IMG/VR virus record: IMGVR_UViG_3300046788_000091 | Location: 2,135-66,134 of that record | Source of the DNA: a virus | Taxonomy: Duplodnaviria > Caudoviricetes | DNA: 64,000 nucleotides | Reading direction: 5' to 3' (one strand) | In this document: piece by piece, positions 39,350-49,970 of the stretch | Layout: each line of letters opens with the position of its first letter | Position numbering within the stretch: the stretch's first letter is position 1 | Notes under the pieces: model-generated | Told to the model about the DNA's origin: nothing | Seen by the model: the letters and a program-made list of their open reading frames with translations, nothing else | Database searches by the model: none | Made by a program: the position numbers and the translations under genes

Positions 39350-39618
39350 TGTCTATCTATCGAGTAGTGATATCTTTCTTTCATGGCTTAAAGCAGTTTA
39401 ACATAGAGCGTGGAGTCCTGGCCATGAATCCGGGCGAAGCTCTTAGCATGGCGCTTTCTAATCTAAATATCCATATGTCTCAGATTCACTCTTTTAAATC
39501 TATGGTTTTTCAGCCAGACACTCTAGAAGACTTTAACTTAGACGCTGCACTCTTGAACTGCATAGGCACTAGTTACAGCGTGACAGACATTTGGAAAAGT
39601 CGACATGGCGAATCGTAG
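39349..39618 (+). CDS. Hypothetical protein
   Basis: 89 aa, coupled. Confidence 0.45.
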   Translation: MSIYRVVISFFHGLKQFNIERGVLAMNPGEALSMALSNLNIHMSQIHSFKSMVFQPDTLEDFNLDAALLNCIGTSYSVTDIWKSRHGES

Positions 39619-39964
39619 GCCAAGAGGACTTGCCGACATAGTTTATAGAGCGTCTCACGGCATGATTCCATACAATCATTTCAGATTTAAACATATAGGT
39701 CTATATGAGATATTATCTCCAATCACGAATATGTGGCAGGAGATAGAAATCCCCCGGATCATTGTTTCTGGATACACACTCCCCCCGCAAGTATGTGACG
39801 CGATGGATTACTATGTAGAAACTAAAAGGACAATGGATTTTGCTAGAGATATTCAAATATTTAATGGAGATATAAGACCGTTAAATGACGATGAAAAAAG
39901 ACTCTTTGGCGTACGTGAGGGACAGAATAATCCGTGTTTTCCCAAAAGAAAAAGAAATAGATGA
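39605..39964 (+). CDS. Hypothetical protein
   Basis: 119 aa, coupled. Confidence 0.45.
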   Translation: MANRRPRGLADIVYRASHGMIPYNHFRFKHIGLYEILSPITNMWQEIEIPRIIVSGYTLPPQVCDAMDYYVETKRTMDFARDIQIFNGDIRPLNDDEKRLFGVREGQNNPCFPKRKRNR

Positions 39965-40485
39965 CTACTCCCAAAGCGCTACACTCTTCAGTCACGCCCC
40001 GATGGGGGACTCCCCAGCATATCATAGAGCTAGCTCGCCAGCTTATGGGAAGGATTCACCTAGACCCAGCAAGCTCGGAAGAGTTTAATTTCTATGTAAA
40101 AGCCTTCATGATCTATACAGAGCAATCTAACGGCGTATTGCCCGAGTGCGAATGGGCTGGGAATGTCTTCCTAAACCCGCCCGGAGGCCTAGTCAAAGAA
40201 TTCTGGCAAAAGCTCATAAAAGAATATAACTCTGGACGGGTTAGTCGGGCTGTATGGGTTGGATTTTCCGTAGAACAGCTTTGCACGCTAGCGGACGAGC
40301 CCTATCATCCGGCGGACTATTCTATCTGCTACTTGCGCAAGCGCCTGAACTTCACGCGAGAAGATCTTAGTGTATGTGGATCTCCTTCCCATGGAAATTA
40401 TATCTCGGCTATAGGCTGTGACCCGGCGGAATTTGAGAGACTATTTGGGCATCTCGGAAAGATCGTACACGGAAAAAAGGCTTGA
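39961..40485 (+). CDS. Phage Dam-like N6-adenine DNA methyltransferase (NPPG variant)
   Basis: WGTPQHII..IHLDPASS..WAGNVFLNPPG. Confidence 0.7.
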   Translation: MTTPKALHSSVTPRWGTPQHIIELARQLMGRIHLDPASSEEFNFYVKAFMIYTEQSNGVLPECEWAGNVFLNPPGGLVKEFWQKLIKEYNSGRVSRAVWVGFSVEQLCTLADEPYHPADYSICYLRKRLNFTREDLSVCGSPSHGNYISAIGCDPAEFERLFGHLGKIVHGKKA

Positions 40486-40510
40486 CATCTTAAGATGTAT
40501 AAGATACGCT
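40482..40510 (+). promoter_or_regulatory. Sigma70-type promoter TTGACA-N17-TACGCT with palindrome ACATCTTAAGATGT
   Basis: Hexamers at 40482-40487 and 40505-40510. Confidence 0.6.
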
Positions 40511-40537
40511 CTTAATACCTCGGATACCCCGGAGAAT

Positions 40538-40774
40538 ATGAAGACCAAAATGCTAGAAAACATTGAATTTTATTGGGACGAGCAAACCCAGATGTCCCAC
40601 TACCTGTACGAGAACGCTTACACAGGCGAACTTACTAGCCACACAAGACATCAGCCCTTCCCGGACTATCGAGGAATATGGTGGCTTGGGGACCAAGATC
40701 TACGGACAAAGTATTTCGCTGAGTTAGTTCACTGTCTCAAAACGCAGGACCCCTATAACCGTGAAGACCACTAG
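40538..40774 (+). CDS. Hypothetical protein
   Basis: GGAG SD then MKTKMLENIEF at 40538. Confidence 0.5.
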   Translation: MKTKMLENIEFYWDEQTQMSHYLYENAYTGELTSHTRHQPFPDYRGIWWLGDQDLRTKYFAELVHCLKTQDPYNREDH

Positions 40775-41717
40775 TCATCCCTATAGAGACCCGGACCACA
40801 GAGTATCGCCCCTGTATTTTGATACAGGGCTCGACAGAGTAGCGGTGGATCTTCGAGAGATTAAATATATGCGGCTCCGGAGTGACGGATATTGGTACGC
40901 TATGATTAATCAAGAAGACCATAATTTTAGTTCAGAAGTGGGCGCACGCATTTACAACGCTCTTCGAGCATATTATGAATGAGAAATCTGTAAAACTCTT
41001 GCGATACTTCGCAAAGCATACCGGAGATATCAAGTTCGCCGGATCAATCAAAGTTCGTTGGGACACATTCGATCACAAGAAAAAGGGTCGATTAACTACC
41101 TGGATGAAGCGTGTTATCGTGACCATGATGCACGTAGCCAAAGAGCAAAAGCGCGCTAGACAAGCGGCGAACAGGAAAGCCCTTGACTCTTTCTTGGGAA
41201 CGTCTACAATTATAAACACAACTAGTTGACCCCAGAGGCAAGAAATGGCTTTTATTAAAGAGTTTCCGTGCGGATGCATACGTCATGAATTGGTAGGCTT
41301 TATCAGACGTTGTGAGGGCATGACATCCCGTTCTCTCTCAGGCCGTGTAGCCCCTAAGTCAGATCATGCTGAAATGAAGCATAACAACGCCATGAATGAC
41401 GGTAAGACCGTACAAGAATGGACCGTAGCCGAGGTTTTGCCTTGACATGTACGTGCACGATCTTAGAGGGATCGTGCGAATGCGGAATGTGCAAACTTGC
41501 ACGCTTGACGGAAGAATATGGTTTGTATGATATGCCTAAGATAGAACTTAGAACGGCTATTAGACCGCATAAATCCTCCGGGCGAGCAATCCACTACGTG
41601 GAGCTACTCGTAGACGGGGTGATATTCGAGACGCAATGCACTGCGGCGGATAAAGCACAAGATCTTGTTATTAAAACAGCAAGAGCGTTGGGTGTTGCAT
41701 ATAAAAAAGAGGAATAA
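40761..41717 (+). CDS. Run of four small coupled hypothetical ORFs (40761-40982, 40975-41229, 41245-41445, 41418-41717)
   Basis: Overlapping start/stop codons on the coding strand. Confidence 0.45.
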
Positions 41718-42691
41718 TGTCGCATATTCTACTCCAGCAAGTTCTAGATTTTCACAAGAAATATAAAAGATACATTGGAGATCCTCGTACACCTTGTGTA
41801 CATGATGAAGATTTCCGCATGCGTCTACTGGATGAAGAGTACGGAGAGCTAGAAGAAGCTCTAGATGATACTAGTCTTACAGATCGCCAGAGGCTTGTTA
41901 AGCTAGCAGATGCTCTCGGAGATATGGTCTATGTTATCTTCGGAACGGCTGTTTGCTGGGGCATAGATCTGGCTAGCATTATGGACGTTATTCATACCAG
42001 CAATATGACTAAGTCTCTTGAGGGCTTTCGTTCAGACGGCAAAGTCATGAAAGGCCCAGACTATCAGCCTCCGGAGATAGAGCAAGCGCTCGAATGCGCC
42101 GCATCCGATGTAGACCGCGATGGATTCGAAGGCGATGATTCATGGTGGCCCCCTCCGACCCTCCCGGGCGTAGGCGTAGATTTTATGCCTAGTTTTAAGA
42201 TAGAAGACGTAGAACCCCCCCAAGAAGTAACAGACAAAGTCATGCTAGCTGCAAAAGAGCAAGCAAAGCTTATGGCTATGAAAAGCATTAATCGAGATTT
42301 CGTGTCTTCGGAAGTAGAAGATATTGAAATAGACGAAGACGAGCCTACGCAACCCTGGGAAGATGACGAAGGGGATACTTACGTAGGTAAACATTCCGAA
42401 GAAGACCATACGAACGGATGCTCGGAGAGATGCGAAATCTCGAAAGTCTCCGACGGAGTACCGGACGGGCAAATCCATGGAGAAATGACATCTTACGGGG
42501 CGTTTATTTTTGATTGTCCGTGTGGCCGTACACACGGTGTACAAGCCAAGCTCGGATCTCGTGGAGGACTGGCTCCGAACGCCGCGTGTTCATGTATGTG
42601 CGGGAATGCTTTTGTAGTGGATTTTAAGGGCAAAAAGCCGCATATAACCGTAACCACTATCGAAGAACTTCGGAAGGTAGAGAATGTATGA
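41717..42691 (+). CDS. MazG/PRA-PH-like NTP pyrophosphohydrolase with acidic linker and C-terminal zinc module
   Basis: LLDEEYGEL..LADALGDMVYV..VIHTSNMTK..DGKVMKGPDYQPP; CPCG..CSCMCG. Confidence 0.8.
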   Translation: MSHILLQQVLDFHKKYKRYIGDPRTPCVHDEDFRMRLLDEEYGELEEALDDTSLTDRQRLVKLADALGDMVYVIFGTAVCWGIDLASIMDVIHTSNMTKSLEGFRSDGKVMKGPDYQPPEIEQALECAASDVDRDGFEGDDSWWPPPTLPGVGVDFMPSFKIEDVEPPQEVTDKVMLAAKEQAKLMAMKSINRDFVSSEVEDIEIDEDEPTQPWEDDEGDTYVGKHSEEDHTNGCSERCEISKVSDGVPDGQIHGEMTSYGAFIFDCPCGRTHGVQAKLGSRGGLAPNAACSCMCGNAFVVDFKGKKPHITVTTIEELRKVENV

Positions 42692-43142
42692 AGATGATCC
42701 TAACGATGATTTGTCTGCCATTCTGGCTCCTGATGATGCCTCTAATGGTGATGCTTCGAGTGACCAAGCTGATATAAGTGAAGAGCCTACTTTCAAGATT
42801 ATCAAGGCTAGGCCGGAGTCCGAACCAAAGAAAAAATATAGTCACAAAGGTAAGCGCCACAGAGCTATTACAGCGGATTTGTTCAGATGCACCTTTGTTA
42901 CCAAGGTTGTATCAGATGAGTTATCATGCGGCGCGTTATTATGGAAATATAGGACTAAGGAGCTTAGGGAACATCTGTTGTTACACTTACCCTTTGTTGC
43001 GGTTTCTGCAATGACAGACCAGCAAGTAATCCATTGTTACCAGCAAGCGAAATCTTTTACTCTAGAGCCAATGCCGGATGATGCGATACACGGCATTACT
43101 CCAGAAGATCTTGATATAGAAGGAGATACCCCCGATGAGTGA
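42684..43142 (+). CDS. Hypothetical protein
   Basis: 152 aa, coupled. Confidence 0.45.
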   Translation: MYEDDPNDDLSAILAPDDASNGDASSDQADISEEPTFKIIKARPESEPKKKYSHKGKRHRAITADLFRCTFVTKVVSDELSCGALLWKYRTKELREHLLLHLPFVAVSAMTDQQVIHCYQQAKSFTLEPMPDDAIHGITPEDLDIEGDTPDE

Positions 43143-43485
43143 TACGCCCCCAGAAATCTCACCACTTACTGAAGAGCAAGTTAATCGCCTCATTGCAGCC
43201 GATTGGCTTGAATCTATTGCTAAGCTAATCCGTAGCGGCTCCGTAACAGGTATAGATATCGCTTGGGATACTAGATATCATAAGCCATTGGGGAATGTCA
43301 TTATGTCTACGGAGAAATTGTACGGTCCGGTTGAACTAAAGTTACTTGCAGCCGGTCCCGCTCCTAAACAAGAGCTAGTTACTAAAATCCCGGTGCAGGA
43401 TGTATCGCAAGACATCGGCGATCACAAGTGTAATCTTGATACTTGTCTAGTATGCATGAATCAAAAGAACAAACAGAAGAGTTAG
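43135..43485 (+). CDS. Hypothetical protein
   Basis: 116 aa, coupled. Confidence 0.45.
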   Translation: MSDTPPEISPLTEEQVNRLIAADWLESIAKLIRSGSVTGIDIAWDTRYHKPLGNVIMSTEKLYGPVELKLLAAGPAPKQELVTKIPVQDVSQDIGDHKCNLDTCLVCMNQKNKQKS

Positions 43486-45458
43486 AGGGACTCTGTAATT
43501 CAGACTACTTCTACCGGATGATGTCTGGGAGAGATCACTGGAATGGAACATCGAGAAATCATAGGAATGAACTAGTGGCATGGAGTCATGTATCAGCAAG
43601 CCAGATTGAATCTTATGTGAAATGTCACAGATATTGGCATTTCAAAAGTATTCTCAAAGTTCCAGAAGCGCAAACTGGAAGACAGGCTTTAGGCGAGTCA
43701 TACCATCTAGTAATGGAGAAAGTGCCTAAGGGCCTGGAATGGCCTAACCACGCCGATACTTCGGCAACACCGGAAGAGTGGCAAAAAGCCGAAGCTCTTG
43801 CGAAGATATCTCTCCCTCTGCTACCGCCGGAGCCGGCGCATATTCCGATCAAAAGAGAGTGGCAGATCAAGTTAGATACCTACGAAAATGGCCCGACTTT
43901 TATAGGATATGTTGACCTGGCGCTCCCTCCAGGCCTCGGCTGGCCGTCTTTCTTGATTCCGGCTAATGAAGCTATCATAGGAGACTATAAGACTACTTCG
44001 GATTTCAGATATATGAAAACGCCGGAGGAGCTTGAGAACTCCGTACAGATGATGTCTTACGCCAAGTGGGCGATACAAGAATGGCCGTCAGGGCTTGTAG
44101 GGCAAGATCAGCCTACACCAGAGCTAGTACGTTTGCTGCATATCTATGCGCGCACGAAGCCTCCGTTTAATAGACAATCTATCCGACACGAGTCCGCAGT
44201 TGTAACAAAAGACCAGATCAATATCTTTTGGGATAAAACTCTGGACATTATCCGAGAGATGCAACAAACTGCTACTTGCACTAGTTCGGATGACGTCGAA
44301 GCTAACGGAGCACTTACCGGGCATTGCGAAGCCTACGGAGGCTGTAGTTTCCGTGATAAGTGCGGAATCTCAAAAGATTCTACTATTAAGACCCTTTTCA
44401 GTATCAACACTAAGAAAGACCCCAACATGTCTAATATTCTCGCAAAGATTCAAGCCGCGCGCGCTGCACAATCCAGTAATTCTTTGCCTACACAGGCCTC
44501 GGATCAACCCGTCCAACCGGCCGAGTCTAAGCCTGTAGAGGCGAATCCCCAAGGCCCGTTGCAGTCTCCTAAGGAAGAGCCGGCGGTTAAGCCTTCGGGA
44601 CCTATTCACGGCGTCATGCGAAAGATCGAAAGCATGAATAAGGGCTGGCCTACGCTCGGAGGAGCATTGGCAAGCTCTTACGCTAAAGAGCGGGGAATAT
44701 CTGTACCGGGTACCGGAGTAATTCCGGGAACAGGTGAAATGTCCGCAAATACGGTTGTAAGCTTGGGTGAGCTTATGAAGCTAGCGGAGACAGTACCAGT
44801 CAAGCTTGATACAGGTGTTGTACCGCCCGATGCTCCTCCGAGAGAGCAGCCGATTATTACTAGACCAGGAGATACAGTAACTGAGTCTACAGAAGAAAGC
44901 GAAGACGATGAAGAGAGCGAGATTTCTAGCACAGTATCTGTATCTGTGGAGTCTGTGGGAGCTGGGATTCCTGAAAATACTCCCAAGAAGCGCGGACGGC
45001 CAAGTAAAGCTGATCTAGCCGCTCGTGCAGGTCAGACCGTAGCGGCAGACGGCGGAGACAGTATGCTTAATGCCGAAAACCAGAGGCTTAAGAAAGAAAA
45101 CGAAGAGCTTCAATCCGCTAATAATTTTTTGACCAAAGCACTTGAGTCCCGTGCAGTAGCGAAAGATGGCTGCACTCTGTATGTAGACTGTTTCCCCATG
45201 AGGGGCGAGTCAGAAGTTACAGACTTTTTCACCTGGATCCAGCCTATTGCACAAACTGTAGCTGAGTCTAATGGCGTCAAAGACTGGCGCCTGATCGACT
45301 ACAAGGGTAAGGGCCTACTTGCTACGCATATCCGTGAGCTGGTACGAGCCGAGGGTCTTCCCAAAGCCATGACTATCCAGAGCTATGCAGGCGGAGCCGA
45401 TGTGGCATTGGAGATATTGACGCCTCTTGCTAAACGTATTATTCGTAAGCTGTCATGA
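43443..45458 (+). CDS. Cas4/RecB-like PD-(D/E)XK exonuclease with long low-complexity C-terminal extension (start may be ~43518)
   Basis: SASQIESYVKC..ALGESYH..FIGYVDL..IIGDYKT..HCEAYGGCSFRDKC. Confidence 0.8.
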   Translation: MSSMHESKEQTEELEGLCNSDYFYRMMSGRDHWNGTSRNHRNELVAWSHVSASQIESYVKCHRYWHFKSILKVPEAQTGRQALGESYHLVMEKVPKGLEWPNHADTSATPEEWQKAEALAKISLPLLPPEPAHIPIKREWQIKLDTYENGPTFIGYVDLALPPGLGWPSFLIPANEAIIGDYKTTSDFRYMKTPEELENSVQMMSYAKWAIQEWPSGLVGQDQPTPELVRLLHIYARTKPPFNRQSIRHESAVVTKDQINIFWDKTLDIIREMQQTATCTSSDDVEANGALTGHCEAYGGCSFRDKCGISKDSTIKTLFSINTKKDPNMSNILAKIQAARAAQSSNSLPTQASDQPVQPAESKPVEANPQGPLQSPKEEPAVKPSGPIHGVMRKIESMNKGWPTLGGALASSYAKERGISVPGTGVIPGTGEMSANTVVSLGELMKLAETVPVKLDTGVVPPDAPPREQPIITRPGDTVTESTEESEDDEESEISSTVSVSVESVGAGIPENTPKKRGRPSKADLAARAGQTVAADGGDSMLNAENQRLKKENEELQSANNFLTKALESRAVAKDGCTLYVDCFPMRGESEVTDFFTWIQPIAQTVAESNGVKDWRLIDYKGKGLLATHIRELVRAEGLPKAMTIQSYAGGADVALEILTPLAKRIIRKLS

Positions 45459-45640
45459 TATCCAAGGATCAGCCCCGTTGTTATTTTTGCAATAAATACG
45501 TAGCAGTTACGTTCTATTGCTTCGGTTGCAAGAACTTCATTTGTTATTCTTGTGATGATATCAATAAGTGGCCCCCTTACGGCCACACTAAACCTACGCA
45601 ACATTATCTTATAAGACCTAAAAAGCGTAAACGGTCATGA
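45455..45640 (+). CDS. Small zinc-finger protein
   Basis: CYFC..CFGC..CYSC..H. Confidence 0.45.
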   Translation: MISKDQPRCYFCNKYVAVTFYCFGCKNFICYSCDDINKWPPYGHTKPTQHYLIRPKKRKRS

Positions 45641-45792
45641 CTCATCGGGAATGGGATATTGCGTGTATTTCTTCATGGTCACATGAGGGAGTAGGGACAC
45701 TATGTGTTCTAGCACGTAACATGCCGTTTAAAATTAGTTTCGAACAGTGCTTGACTTGGGTGAACTTTTTTCTAGATGAAAAGTATTTATAC

Positions 45793-45821
45793 TTGACCCG
45801 GTACTAGAAATCATATAGAGT
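45793..45821 (+). promoter_or_regulatory. Sigma70-type promoter TTGACC-N17-TAGAGT
   Basis: Hexamers at 45793-45798 and 45816-45821. Confidence 0.6.
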
Positions 45822-45890
45822 CTTTTTACATTCAAGGCGAGGAATCCCCCGAGCCAGAAAGTACCCCGTTAGAGAAAGAAAGATATAGCA

Positions 45891-46163
45891 ATGTCATTTG
45901 AAATTGAGACCGGTGTAGAGATCCCCTCGAAGCGTAACCGTTACCCGTTCGATCAGATGGATACGGGCGATTCGTTCGAGATTCACGGTACCGTGGAATC
46001 GCGCAAGGTTCGCAATGCCGCGTATCAGTACGCACGTAAGGTGAATAAGGAAAAGGGCCTGGCGAAGGGCCAGGACGGTTGGGTAGCGTTTGCGCTTCGT
46101 AAGGTTGACGAGCTCGGTGATGGCGAGACGGCTGTAAAACTCTATAGGTTGTGGCGCGAGTAA
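45891..46163 (+). CDS. Small putative DNA-binding phage protein (YPFxxMxxGDSF family)
   Basis: RYPFDQMDTGDSFEI..RKVRNAAYQYARK; paralog of the C-terminus of 58336-58839. Confidence 0.6.
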   Translation: MSFEIETGVEIPSKRNRYPFDQMDTGDSFEIHGTVESRKVRNAAYQYARKVNKEKGLAKGQDGWVAFALRKVDELGDGETAVKLYRLWRE

Positions 46164-46386
46164 TTGATTAAGATCCCTAGGTTAGCCTAGGGCTCTGCAA
46201 AAAGTGTAGTAGACTCTAGACTCTGTATCTAGAGACAAATAATAGATAAAATTTGTCTCTATTATTCTTCTACTATACTTCTTGGAGAGCCTCAGGTACT
46301 GCACGTTGACAATAGTCCTAATAAGATGACGATATTGTAAGTTCTGAGGCCTCCAATCCCCTATCTTCACCCCCGGAGATGTTTTT

Positions 46387-46920
46387 ATGACCGAGAATGA
46401 ACTTAAGCGACAACTAGATCAAGAAAAGGGCAAGCGAATCGCGGTAGAACGAGAAAACTACGAGATTAAGCGCGCAGCCAAGCAAGCTGCAGAAGAAACC
46501 GTAGCCTATAGAGCCGAGACCGATAAAGCCCTCTTAGATGGAGCTGAGCACATGAAGCAAGCTCTCGGAGTTTCTCAGGGTATTTATGCTTTTGGCCAGA
46601 TGTCCCGGGCATACATGGCTCGAAAAGTATCTGCGGCGCGTATCGTGCATCGTGAAAATGAGAATTGCTTGCTTATCGAACAATTGATCACAGCTGTTGA
46701 AAAAAATGACGCTACGGCTTTGAAGAGCCTGTGTGACAAAGCCAGGGCAGTAATCCAGACGATTCGAGGCGATGGCGAAGCGGCTAGGATGGCTGCGGCG
46801 GAAGCGTCTCTATCTTACGGGATCAAGGAATTCGGTAAGATTTTCGATCAACTCGTATCGGAGAAAAACCATGGCCACATGCCCGCGAAAGACCAAATCA
46901 AACTCCTCCAAAACGAGTGA
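46387..46920 (+). CDS. Coiled-coil hypothetical protein
   Basis: 177 aa, helical; GGAG SD. Confidence 0.55.
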   Translation: MTENELKRQLDQEKGKRIAVERENYEIKRAAKQAAEETVAYRAETDKALLDGAEHMKQALGVSQGIYAFGQMSRAYMARKVSAARIVHRENENCLLIEQLITAVEKNDATALKSLCDKARAVIQTIRGDGEAARMAAAEASLSYGIKEFGKIFDQLVSEKNHGHMPAKDQIKLLQNE

Positions 46921-47517
46921 ATTTGATGCTTGGCTGAATGTTATTCAGGATAGAGCATTTGACAATCAAATTAAGGACTTTGCAGACGAGCAAAGAGCAG
47001 GGGCCATCGTGGCTTGGATTGCCGGAGTAGCTCTCGGCTGCGTTTTGGTATGGATAGAGCTAGTCTTGCTTTTGGTGCTTACTAATGTTTGATGCCGAAG
47101 TAGAGCTAAGTCATATCATAAAAATGTTTCGATCTTTGAAGATCGATACAGCTCCTTTTAGCGGACGGGAATATAGGGCCATAGTAGATTTTAATACTAA
47201 ATTAGAATGTACTTCTGCATATTTAATGGAATATCTCCAGAATAACGAAGCGCGCATTTCTCAGATAGAAGAAAAACTTGAGTGGCTTAAAAGTCTGGGA
47301 TTGTGAAACCTCTATGTGTTATCATGCTATTTTAGTTAACCACGGATGGTACCACCGGTGTCTCTATTGTAATCGCTACACCAAAGTAAAATATTTCACC
47401 TATTCCCACAAAGGAGGATTATGGTGGGATTGTGCGATGGCTTATTTGTGGCACTTCGTGGGGATTTGCGCTATGCAAGATCAGTCTATCCAATGCCTAA
47501 GCTCTCCGAAATTTTAG
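46871..47517 (+). CDS. Three small coupled ORFs (46871-47092 with C-terminal TM helix, 47085-47306, 47278-47517)
   Basis: Overlapping start/stop; AIVAWIAGVALGCVLVWIELVLLLVL hydrophobic. Confidence 0.4.
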
Positions 47518-49307
47518 GTGTTAATGTCACGAGCACGCACCCGAATTCGCGCGTAGCTAGTGCTCTAGCTCGTGCTGGAGTTAGTAAGACATCGGAACTT
47601 GTACGAGTAGCGAATCTTCCAAGAAGAAAATTCGATGTCAGCACGTATCCGGATTGTTCCGTCATCTACGCAAAAAACCCCTGCGGTCGTACCGGATGCC
47701 AGTATTGCAAATACGGCTCACCGAGCCTCAGGCCTCTCCAGTCCGCAATCATCATCGAAGCGGCAAACAACGCCGGGGCTTTTGTTGCCGCTGGAGTGGG
47801 TACAGGAAAAACTCTGGCTAGTTTTTTGCTTCATGATGCACTCGAAGTACAAACTACAGTCCTACTTGTACCGCCTTCGCTGAGAGATAAGACTCTAAAT
47901 ATAGATCTACCTGAGCTTGAGAAACACTTTACGCTTCCTAATATCTATTCTGGCTCGCAATGGCAAAAAGATAAGCCCGGAGTTTATGTTCTGGGTTACT
48001 CAGAGATATCACAGACAGATGCCAGCGATTTACTTGACAAAATCAAGCCTGATCTAATAGTCGCCGACGAAGTTCAAGCTCTCAAACGTAGAGAATCAGC
48101 TCGTACACGTAGGTTTCTGAGATTCATGCGGGCCAATAGTTGCAAGTTTGTGGCCATGACAGGAAGTCCTATCACAAATTCTATTATGGATTTTTCTCAC
48201 TTGATGGAGTTAGCTCTAGGCAAAGGTTCCCCCTTGCCTGTAGACTATCCGAGCCTAGCCCAGTGGGCGGATGCGATAGATCATGAAGGAGAAGAGGGAG
48301 CCACAGGCATGGGCGCTCTCGCCCTCATGTGCGAAGACTATGAGACAGCACGAGACGGTTTTAGACGCCGTTTTGTGGAGACCCCCGGCGTGATAGCAAC
48401 TGAAGAGACTTCATGTAGCCTGCCTATAGAAATCCGAGAGTTTGTAATCACAGATCAGACATGTCAGGATTCTATAAATAAACTGGAGTCTGAATGGGCT
48501 TGGGATGGCGAAGAGTACACGGAGATATTAGCTATCTCTAGACTCCAGAGACAGCTTACCCAAGGTTATTTTTATAGAATCAAGTGGCCCGGAGGTATCC
48601 CGGATAGAGAGTGGCTCGAAGCAAAAAACGGCTGGAACAGAGCCGTACGCGCTCGTCTGAAGCATTCTAACCGTGTTGGCCAGGATTCCCCCGCACTCCT
48701 GGAAAAGCTCGCCAGCGAGGGCCTGTGGATTACCCCGGAGTGGCTGGACTGGCTAGCCCAAAGTCATAAGCCGGAGCCCGAGCGCGAGCCGGTCGTAATC
48801 AGTGACTGGCTCGTTAAACGCGCTGTACATTGGGCTGGGTATTTTAATACCCCCGGAATAATCTGGGTATCTAGCCCCGTAATTGGCCGACAACTCCAGA
48901 AGCACGGTATCATGTACTTCGGGGAGGGCCAGGATCAGGAGCTTAACGCGCTTGCAAAAGACGCGCTAGATAATAAACAGGCCGGTACCCCGAGTTTTAT
49001 ACCAACTATTGCATGTAGTATCCAGGCCCACGGGACTGGAAAGAACCTACAAGCGTGGTCACGTAATCTAGTCTTATACCCCCCTGCAGGGGGAGATGTC
49101 TGGGAACAGCTGGTAGGACGGACACATAGACCGGGGCAACTAGATTCGTGTGTGACTTTTGATGTCGTGTTAGGGAGTGATAGCGCGCTTAAGAGTTGGG
49201 AAAACGCTTGCTCTAAGGGAAAATTTATTCAAGAGACTACAGGTTTGATACAACGTCTCAATATAGCTCAGAATGTTGACAGTATAGGTGATGACAGATT
49301 AGGGTAA
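47421..49307 (+). CDS. Superfamily 2 (SNF2/DEAD-like) helicase (start may be ~47493)
   Basis: AGVGTGKT, LIVADEVQ, AMTGSP, HGTGKNLQ, EQLVGRTHRPGQ. Confidence 0.9.
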   Translation: MVGLCDGLFVALRGDLRYARSVYPMPKLSEILGVNVTSTHPNSRVASALARAGVSKTSELVRVANLPRRKFDVSTYPDCSVIYAKNPCGRTGCQYCKYGSPSLRPLQSAIIIEAANNAGAFVAAGVGTGKTLASFLLHDALEVQTTVLLVPPSLRDKTLNIDLPELEKHFTLPNIYSGSQWQKDKPGVYVLGYSEISQTDASDLLDKIKPDLIVADEVQALKRRESARTRRFLRFMRANSCKFVAMTGSPITNSIMDFSHLMELALGKGSPLPVDYPSLAQWADAIDHEGEEGATGMGALALMCEDYETARDGFRRRFVETPGVIATEETSCSLPIEIREFVITDQTCQDSINKLESEWAWDGEEYTEILAISRLQRQLTQGYFYRIKWPGGIPDREWLEAKNGWNRAVRARLKHSNRVGQDSPALLEKLASEGLWITPEWLDWLAQSHKPEPEREPVVISDWLVKRAVHWAGYFNTPGIIWVSSPVIGRQLQKHGIMYFGEGQDQELNALAKDALDNKQAGTPSFIPTIACSIQAHGTGKNLQAWSRNLVLYPPAGGDVWEQLVGRTHRPGQLDSCVTFDVVLGSDSALKSWENACSKGKFIQETTGLIQRLNIAQNVDSIGDDRLG

Positions 49308-49370
49308 CAACGATTCCCCAAATCAATCCCGATTAGGGGAAGACTAAACCAAGATAGAAAAGAGATAGAT

Positions 49371-49811
49371 ATGGGACTATTCGGAAGAATCGGCGAAAAG
49401 GGTATTAAGAGCAACGGAGGAGGCGTATTTTTCGAGCCCGGCAAGTATGCTCTTGAAGTCCGTGCACATAAGACAGGTAAGACTCGCGAGGGTCGGCCAT
49501 TTTTCGTATGTGAATTTACGATCCTAGAATCATCCAATCCAGAGAGGCCCTCGGGCACTGGTGTCAGTTGGATGGTCATGATGGATAAGAATTTGGAGAC
49601 ATCTCTGGGTAATATCAAGGGCTATGTAGCCGCTCTTATGGACATGAACGAAGACGATGTCGATGAGACAGGGATAGAGGCTTTGATCTCGGCAGACAAT
49701 CCTGGCGCGGGTTTGAAAGTTCGTGCAGTCGTAAGCACGTTCAAGAAGAGGAATGGTGATCCGTTCACTAAGCCGGTTTACGAGCCTTACGAGAAAAAGA
49801 AGGCTTCGTAA
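49371..49811 (+). CDS. Single-stranded DNA-binding protein (phage OB-fold type)
   Basis: FEPGKY..FFVCEFTILES..GLKVRAVV; between helicase and polymerase. Confidence 0.6.
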   Translation: MGLFGRIGEKGIKSNGGGVFFEPGKYALEVRAHKTGKTREGRPFFVCEFTILESSNPERPSGTGVSWMVMMDKNLETSLGNIKGYVAALMDMNEDDVDETGIEALISADNPGAGLKVRAVVSTFKKRNGDPFTKPVYEPYEKKKAS

Positions 49812-49818
49812 AGTTTTT

Positions 49819-49895
49819 GTTACTCCGGCTGGCGTTAGATAATGGTCTGGGCTGTTAACCCGGGTGCCACCTAGTGTTAAGTTAACCGGAGTAAC
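49819..49895 (+). ncRNA. tRNA-Asn(GUU)-like pseudo-tRNA with extended closing stem
   Basis: GTTACTCCGG/CCGGAGTAAC stem; CTGGG-CTGTTAA-CCCGG anticodon arm; no TTCGA T-loop. Confidence 0.45.
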
Positions 49896-49898
49896 TTT

Positions 49899-49970
49899 GC
49901 CCTGGTAGCTTAATGGCGAAGCTCCTGACTTGTATTCAGGTGATTATAGGTTCGAATCCTATCTAGGGCT
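49899..49970 (+). tRNA. trnT: tRNA-Thr(UGU)
   Basis: GCCCTGG/CTAGGGC acceptor, CCTGA-CTTGTAT-TCAGG anticodon arm, ATAGG-TTCGAAT-CCTAT T arm; no encoded CCA. Confidence 0.9.

Noticed and set aside
46182-46370. Small minus-strand AT-rich ORF in the early arm
   Set aside because: It has a GTG start with a weak SD and no motif. It may be real, but I cannot support it.
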